A stretch of DNA of 52,381 nt, from contig CAJLCI010000013.1 in assembly GCA_905205065.1 (NCBI GenBank), positions 1-52,381 on the forward strand, given 5' to 3'. The position numbers and the translations under genes were made by a program. Under the pieces are notes generated by a model. It saw only the letters and a list, made by a program, of their open reading frames with translations, was not told where the DNA came from and searched no databases. This document shows positions 18,942-28,416 of this stretch, in pieces; the first letter of the stretch is position 1; each line of letters starts with the position of its first letter. Source of the stretch: an uncultured Eubacteriales bacterium (GTDB lineage: Bacteria > Bacillota > Clostridia > Oscillospirales > CAG-272).

Positions 18942-19892
18942 TCAGCTTTCAATGGCGATGTAGTCATCAGGGATATTAATGTTCAATTCCTCGCAGATAG
19001 CCGCGTTATATTTTTTTGTGAATTTAGAAGTGAATTCGATAGGCATCTCGGAAATATTAGCTTCACCCTTTAATACTTTAACTGCCATTTTACCGGTTTG
19101 ATAACCAAGATCATAATAGCTGATTGAAAGAGTTGCAACTCCGCATCCCTTGCATATTCCTTCTTCACCTGCAATTATCGGTACTCCTGCCGGACGGCAT
19201 ACCGAATCAATAACTCCTGTTGAATTAGCAGCCGTGTTATCGGTAGGGATATAAATTGCGTCGCAGTCCGCGCAAGCTTTTGAACATATAGCCGCGAGAT
19301 CGTTTGAATCAGAAAAAGCGTATGTATTGCATGTAATTCCTTTTGCCTCAAGCTCTTGCTTTACAATCTCTACCTGATACAGTGAATTTGACTCCGAGGA
19401 ACAATATAAAAGACCGACGGTTTTAGCATTCGGGAGAATATCGACAATCATCTGCGCCTGCTGGTCAAGTGGAGCGAGATCTGATGTGCCGGAGATATTT
19501 CCGCCGACTGTGCCCGTAAAGTCTTTAATTTCGAGAGCTGTACCGTAATTTGTTACTGAAGTTCCGAGAATTGGAATAGAGATTGTTCCCGCTGCGGCAG
19601 CCTGAACTGCTGATGTAGCGTTTGCCATAATAAGATCAACGTTTTTAGAAACAAAGCTGTTTATGATTGTAGAGCAGTTCGTAGAATCGCCGGAAGCATT
19701 TTGATAATCGAAAGTTACCTTATCACCGAATTCCTCGGTAAGAGCAGCTTTAAATCCTTCTGTTGCCGAGTCGAGAGCGTCATGCTGCATTTGCTGGCAT
19801 ATACCTATTACATAATTTTTTTCTTTCCCCGAACATCCGCCGAAAGATACGGCTAAAGCCAAAGCAAGAATAGCAGTTATTACTTTTTTCAT
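18942..19892 (-). CDS. ABC transporter substrate-binding lipoprotein (PF04392 / COG2984 type)
   Basis: Signal peptide plus lipobox (AVSFGGCSG). Periplasmic binding-protein length. First gene of the minus-strand operon with the permease and ATPase. Confidence 0.55.
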   Translation of the reverse strand: MKKVITAILALALAVSFGGCSGKEKNYVIGICQQMQHDALDSATEGFKAALTEEFGDKVTFDYQNASGDSTNCSTIINSFVSKNVDLIMANATSAVQAAAAGTISIPILGTSVTNYGTALEIKDFTGTVGGNISGTSDLAPLDQQAQMIVDILPNAKTVGLLYCSSESNSLYQVEIVKQELEAKGITCNTYAFSDSNDLAAICSKACADCDAIYIPTDNTAANSTGVIDSVCRPAGVPIIAGEEGICKGCGVATLSISYYDLGYQTGKMAVKVLKGEANISEMPIEFTSKFTKKYNAAICEELNINIPDDYIAIES

Positions 19893-20087
19893 TTTTGAAC
19901 CTTTCTTTTAAACCTTTCTACTTTTATTATATTTTATATTGGACCATAAGACCGAATATACAAAAAACCGAAATAATTGTATCACTTCAATAATAAAAAG
20001 TCAATGGTTTAAACTCAAAAATTCAATAGAACTTCTTATAAATGTACAAAATATATTTGCGCAATACATTTTTTATTACTTTTATTA

Positions 20088-20867
20088 TTACATATTCAGC
20101 AATGTGTGACAGATTTTACAAAATTTCGGATTATTTGCGGTTGTTAGAAAATGGATTTTTCCGGTCCGTCCGGAATGTTCTGCAAGACCGCTCTCTTCAA
20201 GTTTTCTCCGAGTTTCCGCGGCTGTGCCGCGGCAGCCGTCATAAATTGGAATACCCGGAAAGAATTCCGAAATTGAATTTTTTATGTGAGGATAATGTGT
20301 ACATCCCAAAACTATTGCGTCGAACTTATTTCCGCGTAGACTGTTAAACAATTTTTCCAGGTAGTCTTTAAGCGATTTATCGTTTAGATGCCCTTCTTCT
20401 ATAAGTTCCATCAGTCCGGGACAGGGAAGCAGCCTAAAATCAGCCTTCTTTCTGTATTTATTTTTCAGATATAAAAATTTAGGCTGACTTAGAGTAAGAG
20501 GAGTAGCCATAATAAGCACTGTGGGATGCTCGGATGAAAAGGCGGCCGTTTTTATTTCAGGTTCAATTCCGATTATAGGCATTTCAGGATACATATTACG
20601 CAGAACACCAACCGATGCGCCTGTTGCCGTATTGCATGCGATAACGACCGCCTTTATATTGTAGTCCACAATAAGTTTTTTTACATTATTAACTGTAATG
20701 GAACATACGTCTGTACGGCTTTTGGTTCCATACGGTGCGTTAGCCTCGTCGCCGAAAAACAGAAAGTCTTCTTCCGGGAGAAGAACTGTAAGCTCTTTCA
20801 GAACAGAAATACCTCCGACTCCGGAATCTATAACGGCTATCGGCCTTTCAGCTGACGAATTTAACAT
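20088..20867 (-). CDS. murI: Glutamate racemase MurI
   Basis: IAVIDSGVGGISVL and VIACNTAT catalytic-cysteine motifs. Confidence 0.8.
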   Translation of the reverse strand: MLNSSAERPIAVIDSGVGGISVLKELTVLLPEEDFLFFGDEANAPYGTKSRTDVCSITVNNVKKLIVDYNIKAVVIACNTATGASVGVLRNMYPEMPIIGIEPEIKTAAFSSEHPTVLIMATPLTLSQPKFLYLKNKYRKKADFRLLPCPGLMELIEEGHLNDKSLKDYLEKLFNSLRGNKFDAIVLGCTHYPHIKNSISEFFPGIPIYDGCRGTAAETRRKLEESGLAEHSGRTGKIHFLTTANNPKFCKICHTLLNM

Positions 20868-20994
20868 GACTTATGTTCCTTTTCATTATAAGACTAAAAA
20901 TTTTTATCATGAATTAAATCAAAAGAATTTATATTGTCGCGGTTAACTAAAATGCGGTTAACTAAAATATTGAAAAATCATTCGGATTAACAAT

Positions 20995-22509
20995 TTATGC
21001 TTCAATTATCTCAGTTTTTCCGTCTCCCCAGTGAAGCTCGACTTTTATTGGCTTAGGACTTTTTACGGTAATTACAGGCTTTTCGTTTTCGTTATTTCTG
21101 GTCTCGCAGACAAGATCTATTGTCTCCCCATTAAAAGGATAACGTTCTATTCCGTGACGCTCCGTGCGGTTTACATACCATACTATAGTATTTTTACTTG
21201 CTTCCGGACGTATTCCGAATACATATTCAAACATTATGCTGATAGGGAAGAGCCCTGACCATCCGACAAATTTGTCTTTTGAATGTGAACCGTGATCTGC
21301 GGTCTCCGGAGCGTAATTTTCCCAGATAGTGCCGGTACTGTTGAACACTTCGACTACGTTGTCAAGACATGTACTTGCAATTTCGTAAGCAAGCTTGTTA
21401 TATCCATGATAGTCCAGGCCTTTTAGCACCATGTAATTTGTAGGAGCCCATACAGATCCGTTCCAATAGTCTCCGACAGGGCTGTAGCTTTCATCATCTG
21501 CAGAAACAGTCGGAACTCTGTTCGGACGTTTAAATTCGTTAGGATTGTCAAGGTGAGCTACAAAGGCATCTATACGGTTATCGGGTACTATTCCGGCAAG
21601 CAGAGCCCAATATGCCCCGATGGTTTTTACGCCGTTAAGGCTTCCGTCACGGTACATGTCATAATAATACGCATCCTTTTCACTCCAGAGCTTCTCGTTG
21701 ATGTATTTGGTAAGGTAAGCGGACTCTTCTTCAATTGTTTTTACGGCGTCCTCATTTTCACGTCCGAGTATTTTTGCCATTTTTATCAGTATGTTTGCCG
21801 ACAGTACCTGTTGTGCGCAGGTATCCATCCATATCATATGTCCGTGAGAACAGCCGAATTCTGTCCCTTTCTGTTGCCTGTGCTGATTATCCATTCCGCA
21901 GCCTAACCCGGTGCTGAAGTATGTGCCGTCCCGCCATGTATGGTTTTCTTTAAGCCAGAGATGGTATGCGAGGAGCGGAGCAAATATTTTTGATATACGT
22001 TCTTTGTCGCCTGTCTGGAGATATGATTCCCATTCGGACCAGGGCATTATGTTCGGTCCTGTTCCCGACGGATCATAGCGGCAGAACTGTTCGCCGTTTT
22101 CACTTTCACAGATTTCGCGGCAAATAAAACCGTCATAGTGCTGATGAGAATAGAAATTGTCAAGCGTTTTCTGAAAATCAAATATCTGTGATCCGTATTT
22201 TCCGAAAAGAACAATGAATGATGAATCCCACATGAATAAAAATCCATTGAATGCAGTATCGATGAAATTTGATACAAAACCTGCCTCGGCATTTGGCGTC
22301 CTGAGATTATTGAAAGCTAATTTCCAGGCATAATCATAACATTTAATATAATTTTCGTGTCCGTCCCAAATAGGCTTCGGAAGCTTGTCCTTGCTGTTTT
22401 CATACAATGGAAGGGGATTGTTTTCAACCGGCATATGAAGAAATTTGTTTTCTTCGGCATATGGATTGTAGACGTATGTAAGTCCGCGGTTAACTTTAAA
22501 CAGTTCCAT
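20995..22509 (-). CDS. Glycoside hydrolase, (alpha/alpha)6-barrel type (GH63/GH125-like). Family not resolved
   Basis: 504 aa. Aromatic and acidic-rich blocks (FMWDSSF, WAPTNYM, GWSGLFP). RBS AAGGAG upstream. Confidence 0.35.
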   Translation of the reverse strand: MELFKVNRGLTYVYNPYAEENKFLHMPVENNPLPLYENSKDKLPKPIWDGHENYIKCYDYAWKLAFNNLRTPNAEAGFVSNFIDTAFNGFLFMWDSSFIVLFGKYGSQIFDFQKTLDNFYSHQHYDGFICREICESENGEQFCRYDPSGTGPNIMPWSEWESYLQTGDKERISKIFAPLLAYHLWLKENHTWRDGTYFSTGLGCGMDNQHRQQKGTEFGCSHGHMIWMDTCAQQVLSANILIKMAKILGRENEDAVKTIEEESAYLTKYINEKLWSEKDAYYYDMYRDGSLNGVKTIGAYWALLAGIVPDNRIDAFVAHLDNPNEFKRPNRVPTVSADDESYSPVGDYWNGSVWAPTNYMVLKGLDYHGYNKLAYEIASTCLDNVVEVFNSTGTIWENYAPETADHGSHSKDKFVGWSGLFPISIMFEYVFGIRPEASKNTIVWYVNRTERHGIERYPFNGETIDLVCETRNNENEKPVITVKSPKPIKVELHWGDGKTEIIEA

Positions 22510-22665
22510 ATAATTCGCTCCTTTATATAGTATACAGTTTGTATTTTTTAACGATTATATTTTTATAACTTTCTGTAATGTCTATAATTATATCATGTGA
22601 GGCTTTAATTTTCAATAGAAATATTAATTTGAATATATAAAATAAATAATTATTTCTTTTAATGC

Positions 22666-22695
22666 TTGACAATACAGAAGAATTTGTGATATACT
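22666..22695 (+). promoter_or_regulatory. Putative sigma-A promoter (TTGACA, 18 nt, TATACT) upstream of the GH95 gene
   Basis: TTGACA at 22666-22671 and TATACT at 22690-22695. Confidence 0.4.
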
Positions 22696-22849
22696 TTCGG
22701 CGTATATACATTAACGGAAAAACAAGTATATATAAAAAGTATGACAGAATGAAGCTTTCGTCGCTGTATTGTGTCGGAGATAGGACGTATACTTTTAAGA
22801 CAGTCAAGTTACGTTTCATTTTTTCGGCTGTTGTATAATAACCGGGGAA

Positions 22850-25630
22850 ATGCCGCAGGACGGCGTGATGTGCTTTATTAAAACAGAAGGTACCGGATGC
22901 ATAAACCGAAAACCGAGTTTTTATTTTTATGCTTTGCGGTATGTGCTATTATTTCAGAAAGGAACGGTTACGGAAGAATTGAAAGAATTATCAACGCGTT
23001 ACTTTTCTCCCGCGGATGACAGTATTGAAGGTTGGGAGGCGTACTCTATTCCGATGGGCAACGGTTTCATCGGTGCAAATATTTTCGGTCGTACGGACCG
23101 TGAACGGATTCAGATAACTCAGAATTCATTCGTTGCCTCGAATGCCGAGGGAGGCCTTACAGATTTTGCAGAGCTGTATTTTGAATTCGGACATAACACT
23201 GTCGAAAATTATGAGCGCAAACTGAATATCGATAATGCTCTTGCTTCGGTTCACTATAGCTTTGGCGGAGTAAAATATGAAAGAGAGTATTTTATCTCTT
23301 ATCCTGACAGAGTATTAGCTGTAAAATTTACCGCTTCAAAGGATGGCACGCTTAATTTTACATACGCTCCTACTATTCCGTTTGTCCGTGATTACGCCAA
23401 GACTCCCGGTGATGGCGGAGGCAGAACGGCTAATATAGAATGCAGCGGAGGAAAAGCAAATATTCACGGACAGATGAACTGCTACAAACTTCAGTATGCT
23501 GTAAGCACAAGTGTTGAAAGCGACGGAACTATTTCGAGCTTTGAAGGGAAAATCAGAGTGGAAAATGCGTCATATGCTGTTGTATACTTCTGCACAGACA
23601 CTAACTATAAGCTTTCTTCAAAAATATTTCTTGAGCAGGACAATCTGAAAAAGCTTGAATATGAAGATGTACGCCCCAAAGTAAATTCATATCTGGAAGC
23701 TGCGGAAGCGCTCGGATATGATAAGCTTAAAGAGCGTCATATCTCTGATTACCGCAGTATATTTGCCCGTACGGAGTTTGAACTTGAATGCGATATACCG
23801 GAAGATGAAACACCGGAACTTATCAAACGCTATTCTGAGGGAGAGAGAATTCCGTATCTTGAGATGCTCTATTTTCAGTTTGGAAGATATCTTCTTATTT
23901 CTTCTTCCCGTCCGGGCGGTCTTCCGGCGAATTTACAGGGAATTTGGAATGCTCATGAGCGTTCACCGTGGGGAGCGGGATATTGGTTTAATATTAATGT
24001 TCAGATGAACTATTGGCCCGCATTTACAACGAATATGACGGAAATGTTTAAGCCGTATGCGGATTTATTTGAAGCTATTATGCCGCAGTGTCAGAAATAT
24101 GCAAGCGAATTTGTAAAGGAAAACAATCCTGAGCAGTATGTAGACGGCGAAGGAGAGTGCGGCTTTGCCATTGGAACAAACAACTGGCCGCTTGAGGTTT
24201 CGCCGCCGGACCGCTGTGGAGGTCCCGGAAACGGAGGACTTGCTTCCAAATTGCTGTGGGAGTATTATGACTTCACACGTGATAAAGAAATTCTTGAAAG
24301 ATATACGTATCCGGCGCTTAAAGAAGTTAGCAAATTCTCGACAAAGGCTGTGAGAAAGTACGGAGATGAATATTTGATCTCTCCTTCAGTATCTCCGGAA
24401 CAGGTTCTCAACGGAGCATGGGTAGGCGGAGCGTGCTACTATGTCACTGTAGGGTGCGCGTATGATCAGGAGCTTATTTATGAAAACGGAAAGGATTTTC
24501 TTAAGGCTGCGGAATTACTCGGTATGGATGGACAGGCAGAGAAAATCCAGCGCGAACAGATAGATCATTATTCGCCGATACGTATCGGATGGTCCGGTCA
24601 GATTAAAGAATTTCCGGAAGAAAACCTGTACGGAGAAATCGGAGAATGGTGGCACAAGCATATTTCACATATGATGGCGGTTTATCCCGGAAATACGGTT
24701 ACTTCAGAAACACCGGTTTGGCAGGACGCCGCTGCTGTTTCTCTGAAATACCGCTGTGACGGTCACCTTCAGACAGGCTGGTCGATTGCACAACGAGTTA
24801 ATGCATGGGCAAGAACAGGAGAGGGCGATGATTGCTATAAGTGTCTGCGTTTCCTGATTGGAGAACGCACATATCCGAATTTATTTGACGCACATCCTCC
24901 TTTCCAGATTGACGGTAACTTTGGTGGAACTTCGGGCATAGCTGAAATGCTTATGCAGAGCCATGAAGGGTATATATCGGTTTGTCCGTGTCTGCCGGGC
25001 GAATGGTCGGAAGGTCGTTTTTCAGGTCTGGTGGCAAGAGGAAATTTTGTAGTTGATGCCGAATGGAAATCCGGAACTCCGTTTACTATTCGAATAACTT
25101 CTCGTGTCGGCGGACCCGTGAAGATTAAATCGGGAAATGTTTCGCTTGCAAGTGTCACATCCGATGGAGAGGCGGTATCTGCAGTTTCAGACGGACTTGA
25201 TTTTATCAGCTTTGATACTGAACCCGGAAAAACATACCTTCTCGAAAAAATTCCGGGAAAAGCAAATCTTACCCGTCCTGCAAATCTCGTGATTGATCGT
25301 GAATCGCTTCATCTTACATGGACACCGTCGCCTGAAAAAGGAGTTACATACAAGGTATACCGTGCATGTGATCAGACACCGGTCTATGATGTTATTGCAG
25401 AAGGTTTGACATCTCCCGAATTTACCGATAATAATCTTGACTTTTCAAAGCATGAGGTTGTAATTTATAAGGTTTCAGCAGTTTCTTCTGACGGTATGAC
25501 CGAGAGCATGGGAACTCATGAGGCAATTAACCATGCATCAGAGCTGTATCTTGAACGATATAAGCTTCTTCACGCAGAAAAGGATGTTGCGCCTTATTAT
25601 AATATGACAATAAAGAACTGTTTTAAATAA
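22850..25630 (+). CDS. Glycoside hydrolase family 95 (alpha-L-fucosidase-like) with a C-terminal Ig/FN3-like extension
   Basis: GH95 catalytic-domain motifs LQGIWNAHERSPWGAGYWFNINVQMNYWPA. 926 aa. The exact start is uncertain (ATG at 22850 or 22868). Confidence 0.65.
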   Translation: MPQDGVMCFIKTEGTGCINRKPSFYFYALRYVLLFQKGTVTEELKELSTRYFSPADDSIEGWEAYSIPMGNGFIGANIFGRTDRERIQITQNSFVASNAEGGLTDFAELYFEFGHNTVENYERKLNIDNALASVHYSFGGVKYEREYFISYPDRVLAVKFTASKDGTLNFTYAPTIPFVRDYAKTPGDGGGRTANIECSGGKANIHGQMNCYKLQYAVSTSVESDGTISSFEGKIRVENASYAVVYFCTDTNYKLSSKIFLEQDNLKKLEYEDVRPKVNSYLEAAEALGYDKLKERHISDYRSIFARTEFELECDIPEDETPELIKRYSEGERIPYLEMLYFQFGRYLLISSSRPGGLPANLQGIWNAHERSPWGAGYWFNINVQMNYWPAFTTNMTEMFKPYADLFEAIMPQCQKYASEFVKENNPEQYVDGEGECGFAIGTNNWPLEVSPPDRCGGPGNGGLASKLLWEYYDFTRDKEILERYTYPALKEVSKFSTKAVRKYGDEYLISPSVSPEQVLNGAWVGGACYYVTVGCAYDQELIYENGKDFLKAAELLGMDGQAEKIQREQIDHYSPIRIGWSGQIKEFPEENLYGEIGEWWHKHISHMMAVYPGNTVTSETPVWQDAAAVSLKYRCDGHLQTGWSIAQRVNAWARTGEGDDCYKCLRFLIGERTYPNLFDAHPPFQIDGNFGGTSGIAEMLMQSHEGYISVCPCLPGEWSEGRFSGLVARGNFVVDAEWKSGTPFTIRITSRVGGPVKIKSGNVSLASVTSDGEAVSAVSDGLDFISFDTEPGKTYLLEKIPGKANLTRPANLVIDRESLHLTWTPSPEKGVTYKVYRACDQTPVYDVIAEGLTSPEFTDNNLDFSKHEVVIYKVSAVSSDGMTESMGTHEAINHASELYLERYKLLHAEKDVAPYYNMTIKNCFK

Positions 25631-25705
25631 GTCGAAAGGCAAATGCGGAATTTCGCTGAAAATAATAAGAGTAAACTGTTATACAGAAAACAGTTTGACT
25701 ACAGC

Positions 25706-25738
25706 TTATAGCTATAATTATAGCTAATTATAGCTATA
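25706..25738. promoter_or_regulatory. Three tandem copies of the self-complementary decamer TATAGCTATA / TATAGCTAAT
   Basis: TTATAGCTATAAT, TATAGCTAAT and TATAGCTATAAG read directly from the sequence. They sit between the GH95 stop and repeat copy F. Confidence 0.35.
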
Positions 25739-25750
25739 AGCGAGATACCG

Positions 25751-25905
25751 CCGTCTTGTAAAATGCTCGTCTCAATAAGCGGCGTTTTCCGTTCGTTTTT
25801 TTGCGGCTGCAGTACAATCGTCGCCGGAATGCTTTATGACGGTGCTCTGTTCCTGAGTGAATTTTATTTGCAATAGATAGACATAAGGGGCTGCCCTACT
25901 GCGAC
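25751..25905 (+). repeat. Dispersed repeat family, copy F (CCGTCTTGTA..CGTCTCAATAAGCGG..CCGTTCGTTTTTTTGCGG-[hairpin]-CGCCGGAATGCTTTATGACGG + GGGGCTG..CAGCCCC hairpin + TTATGAAA)
   Basis: Intergenic between the GH95 gene and the membrane-protein gene. Confidence 0.6.
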
Positions 25906-25977
25906 AGCCCCTTATGAAATATATATATAATATGTACGTTGGAACTCTTATCATATGTTGGAAAGGTGTGTTAATAT

Positions 25978-26949
25978 ATGGCGGAAAGATTTGATCAGCT
26001 CTATGGTGATCTTGCCGAAGCCGAACAGCATACAAAAGAAAGACTCAAAGGTTATTATGATCGCCTTGCGGAAGAAGCTTCCATGAAATCGGAGGAGGAT
26101 TCGAAGCTGTATGATGAGGTTAAGGAAGAAATAAAGTCTTTGAAAAAGTCCTCGGCCCAGTTTTTACGTCTTTTTCAGCGTACCTCATCGGCGTCCGATG
26201 AGCTTGAAGTCCGATTGAAGGATACTGTCAAAAGCGTAAAGCGCCGGAGACTTTTACCTCCGGCGCCGGCAAATGCGGCAATAGATTTTGAAGAGAAAAA
26301 AATGCTTCATTTTGCCAGCGGCATCAATTTTTATAAGCTTTTTTTAATATGCTTTGCAGGGAGCTTTATAGGTGTTGTGATTGAGCTTTTGTGGTGCCTT
26401 TTTCAAAATGGATATATAGAAAGCCGCAGCGGACTCGTATGGGGCCCTTTTAATCTATTATATGGTATTGGCGCGGTATGTTTGTCTGTCACATTATACA
26501 GATATCGGAATAGGTCGTCTGTATATTCATTTGCTGGAGCATTTGTAATTGGTTCTGTAGTTGAATACGCCTGTTCATGGTGGCAGGAAACATTTTTTGG
26601 AACTCGTTCGTGGGACTACAGTAGTTTACCATTTAATATAAACGGCAGAATTTGTCTGCTCTATTCTGTTTTTTGGGGCATACTCGGAGTTTTTTGGATT
26701 AAAAATATATTTCCTCGGCTTTCAAAATGGATATTACGAATTCCTAATAAACCGGGTAAAATAATGACATGGTTATTGGCCGCCTTTTTATTGGTAAATT
26801 CGATTGTTTCCCTCGGAGCGTCTCTTCGCTGGTCTGAACGTCGAAGCGGTGAACCTGCATCAAATTTTATCGAAAAAGTTTTAGATGAAAGATTTCCCGA
26901 TGAGAGAATGGAGAGAATTTACGCTAACGCAAAATTTATTGAGGATTAG
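25978..26949 (+). CDS. Membrane protein with an N-terminal coiled-coil cytoplasmic domain and a 4-TM C-terminal domain (possibly PF06541-like)
   Basis: 323 aa. Charged helical N-terminus, then GPFNLLYGIGAV-type TM segments. RBS GAAAGGTG upstream. Confidence 0.35.
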   Translation: MAERFDQLYGDLAEAEQHTKERLKGYYDRLAEEASMKSEEDSKLYDEVKEEIKSLKKSSAQFLRLFQRTSSASDELEVRLKDTVKSVKRRRLLPPAPANAAIDFEEKKMLHFASGINFYKLFLICFAGSFIGVVIELLWCLFQNGYIESRSGLVWGPFNLLYGIGAVCLSVTLYRYRNRSSVYSFAGAFVIGSVVEYACSWWQETFFGTRSWDYSSLPFNINGRICLLYSVFWGILGVFWIKNIFPRLSKWILRIPNKPGKIMTWLLAAFLLVNSIVSLGASLRWSERRSGEPASNFIEKVLDERFPDERMERIYANAKFIED

Positions 26950-27064
26950 ATTAGACGCTCGTATAGTCATAGTTATGAAGCAAATGAATCGGCCGCTTGA
27001 TTATATAATAAATTGATTTGATAAGTTAATTGAATATTTTGGCCATTACGCTTGTGTTTTGTTA

Positions 27065-27982
27065 TTATATTAATTCAGTCGAAGTCAAACTGAACAGCTC
27101 ATCAATTTTTGCTTTATCAGCGAGACCTTCTGAAAATGCAGTTGCGCTGCCTGCTGCAGTTCCGAGTCTTAATGCATATTCATAATTTTCCGATGTAATA
27201 TATCCCGAAATAAATCCGGCAACCATTGAGTCTCCTGCGCCCACAGAATTTTTTATTCTGCCTGAGGCTGTGCTGCAGAGAAAAATTTGTCCGTTTTCAT
27301 CTGCGAGAACGGCTCCGTCTTTTCCCATCGAAACAAGGACGTTTCGCGCCCCGAGCATCTGCATTTCTGCTGCGGCTTCTTTTATTTGTTTTATATTGTT
27401 TAGTTTTTTGCCAATGATTTCGCTTAGTTCAAGCTGGTTTGGTTTTATCAAAAAAGGTTTGTATTTTAAAGTATTGGTAAGCAAATCTCCTGAAGCATCA
27501 ACGACAGAGATTATATTTTTGTTTTCAAGTTCAGATAGAATTTTCTCATATATGTTATTCGGAAGAGTGCTTGGAACGGAGCCTGACAAAATAAGATAGT
27601 CTCCGGGCGAGAGTTTACAGAGCTGCTTTATAAGTTTGTCGACTGCTGCTGCGGGAATGGACGGACCTTCGCCGTTCAATTCTGTTTCTTTATCTGATTT
27701 AATTTTGATGTTTATTCTTGAAAAGCCATTGCCTAAATTAATAAAGTTGTGCTTTACTCCTTTTTTGCTGAGCCTTTTTTCTATTTCCTGACCGCTGAAT
27801 CCAGCTGTGAAACCGAGTGCACATGATTCCTGCATTAATTCTTTAAGCACCAATGAAACATTTATTCCTTTTCCGCCGCAGAATATATTTGCTTCTGAAA
27901 AACGGTTGATTGCTCCGTCTTTCAGCTTGTCTGTATGAATAACGTAATCAAGCGCGGGACTGAATGTAACTGTATAAATCAT
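27065..27982 (-). CDS. fruK: PfkB-family sugar kinase, 1-phosphofructokinase / tagatose-6-phosphate kinase-like
   Basis: Start set at MIYTVTFSPALDYV with RBS AAAGGATGG (the track ORF begins 3 codons earlier). GAGDSMVAGF motif and a C-terminal ATP-binding region. Confidence 0.65.
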   Translation of the reverse strand: MIYTVTFSPALDYVIHTDKLKDGAINRFSEANIFCGGKGINVSLVLKELMQESCALGFTAGFSGQEIEKRLSKKGVKHNFINLGNGFSRINIKIKSDKETELNGEGPSIPAAAVDKLIKQLCKLSPGDYLILSGSVPSTLPNNIYEKILSELENKNIISVVDASGDLLTNTLKYKPFLIKPNQLELSEIIGKKLNNIKQIKEAAAEMQMLGARNVLVSMGKDGAVLADENGQIFLCSTASGRIKNSVGAGDSMVAGFISGYITSENYEYALRLGTAAGSATAFSEGLADKAKIDELFSLTSTELI

Positions 27983-28022
27983 TTTGCCCATCCTTTTTAT
28001 TTAATTATAACTAATAGCAAGA

Positions 28023-28120
28023 TGTCCACCTGTCTGAAAAGGTTTTGTCTCTATAGGCGGCGGGAACGATCACTTTTTCCGGTGGTAGATGTTTCGCCGC
28101 CGGAACGCATTGTGACGTGG
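28023..28120 (+). repeat. Dispersed repeat family, copy B (TGTCCACCTGTCTG..TGTCTCTATAGGCGGCGGGAACGATCACTTTTTCCGG-[hairpin]-CGCCGCCGGAACGCATTGTGACGTGG)
   Basis: About 40 nt upstream of the fruK start codon, on the antisense strand. Confidence 0.6.
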
Positions 28121-28353
28121 TTTTTCCTTGTTAAATTTTTATGATATAAATATGGGTATACATTTTATATTAAGTCATCAAATTATAGTATATATGTGCA
28201 GAAAATATTATTTTTATGAAATCCGAATGGAAAAAAATAAATTAAAAGATTAATAGTGTAAAATTATGAAAGAATAGAGGCATAAAAGAATGAATTAACA
28301 TCATACTGTTAATTAGTATAAAGCTTTATTACCTATGTATTTTATGCTTAAAT

Positions 28354-28390
28354 TTAAGACCACCGGAAATACGGTGGTCTTAAATTTTTC
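28354..28390. terminator. Perfect-hairpin terminator (TTAAGACCACCG-GAAATA-CGGTGGTCTTAA + ATTTTT) downstream of the GH36-like gene
   Basis: 12-bp perfect stem with flanking A/T runs on both strands. Confidence 0.65.
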
Positions 28391-28416
28391 ATTAATTTGT
28401 TGAGTCAGAACATTGT

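Noticed and set aside
19893-20087. T-box or other riboswitch leader upstream of the ABC substrate-binding gene
   Set aside because: COG2984/4120/1101 transporters are sometimes T-box regulated. No T-box consensus (AATTAGGGTGGNACCGCG), specifier hairpin or terminator/antiterminator pair could be found on the minus strand of this 195-bp region.
28023-28120. A fructose/sugar-responsive riboswitch or RAT antiterminator in the fruK leader
   Set aside because: The conserved sequence here is shared with six other loci of unrelated gene context and lies antisense to fruK. It is therefore a copy of the dispersed repeat, not a gene-specific leader RNA.
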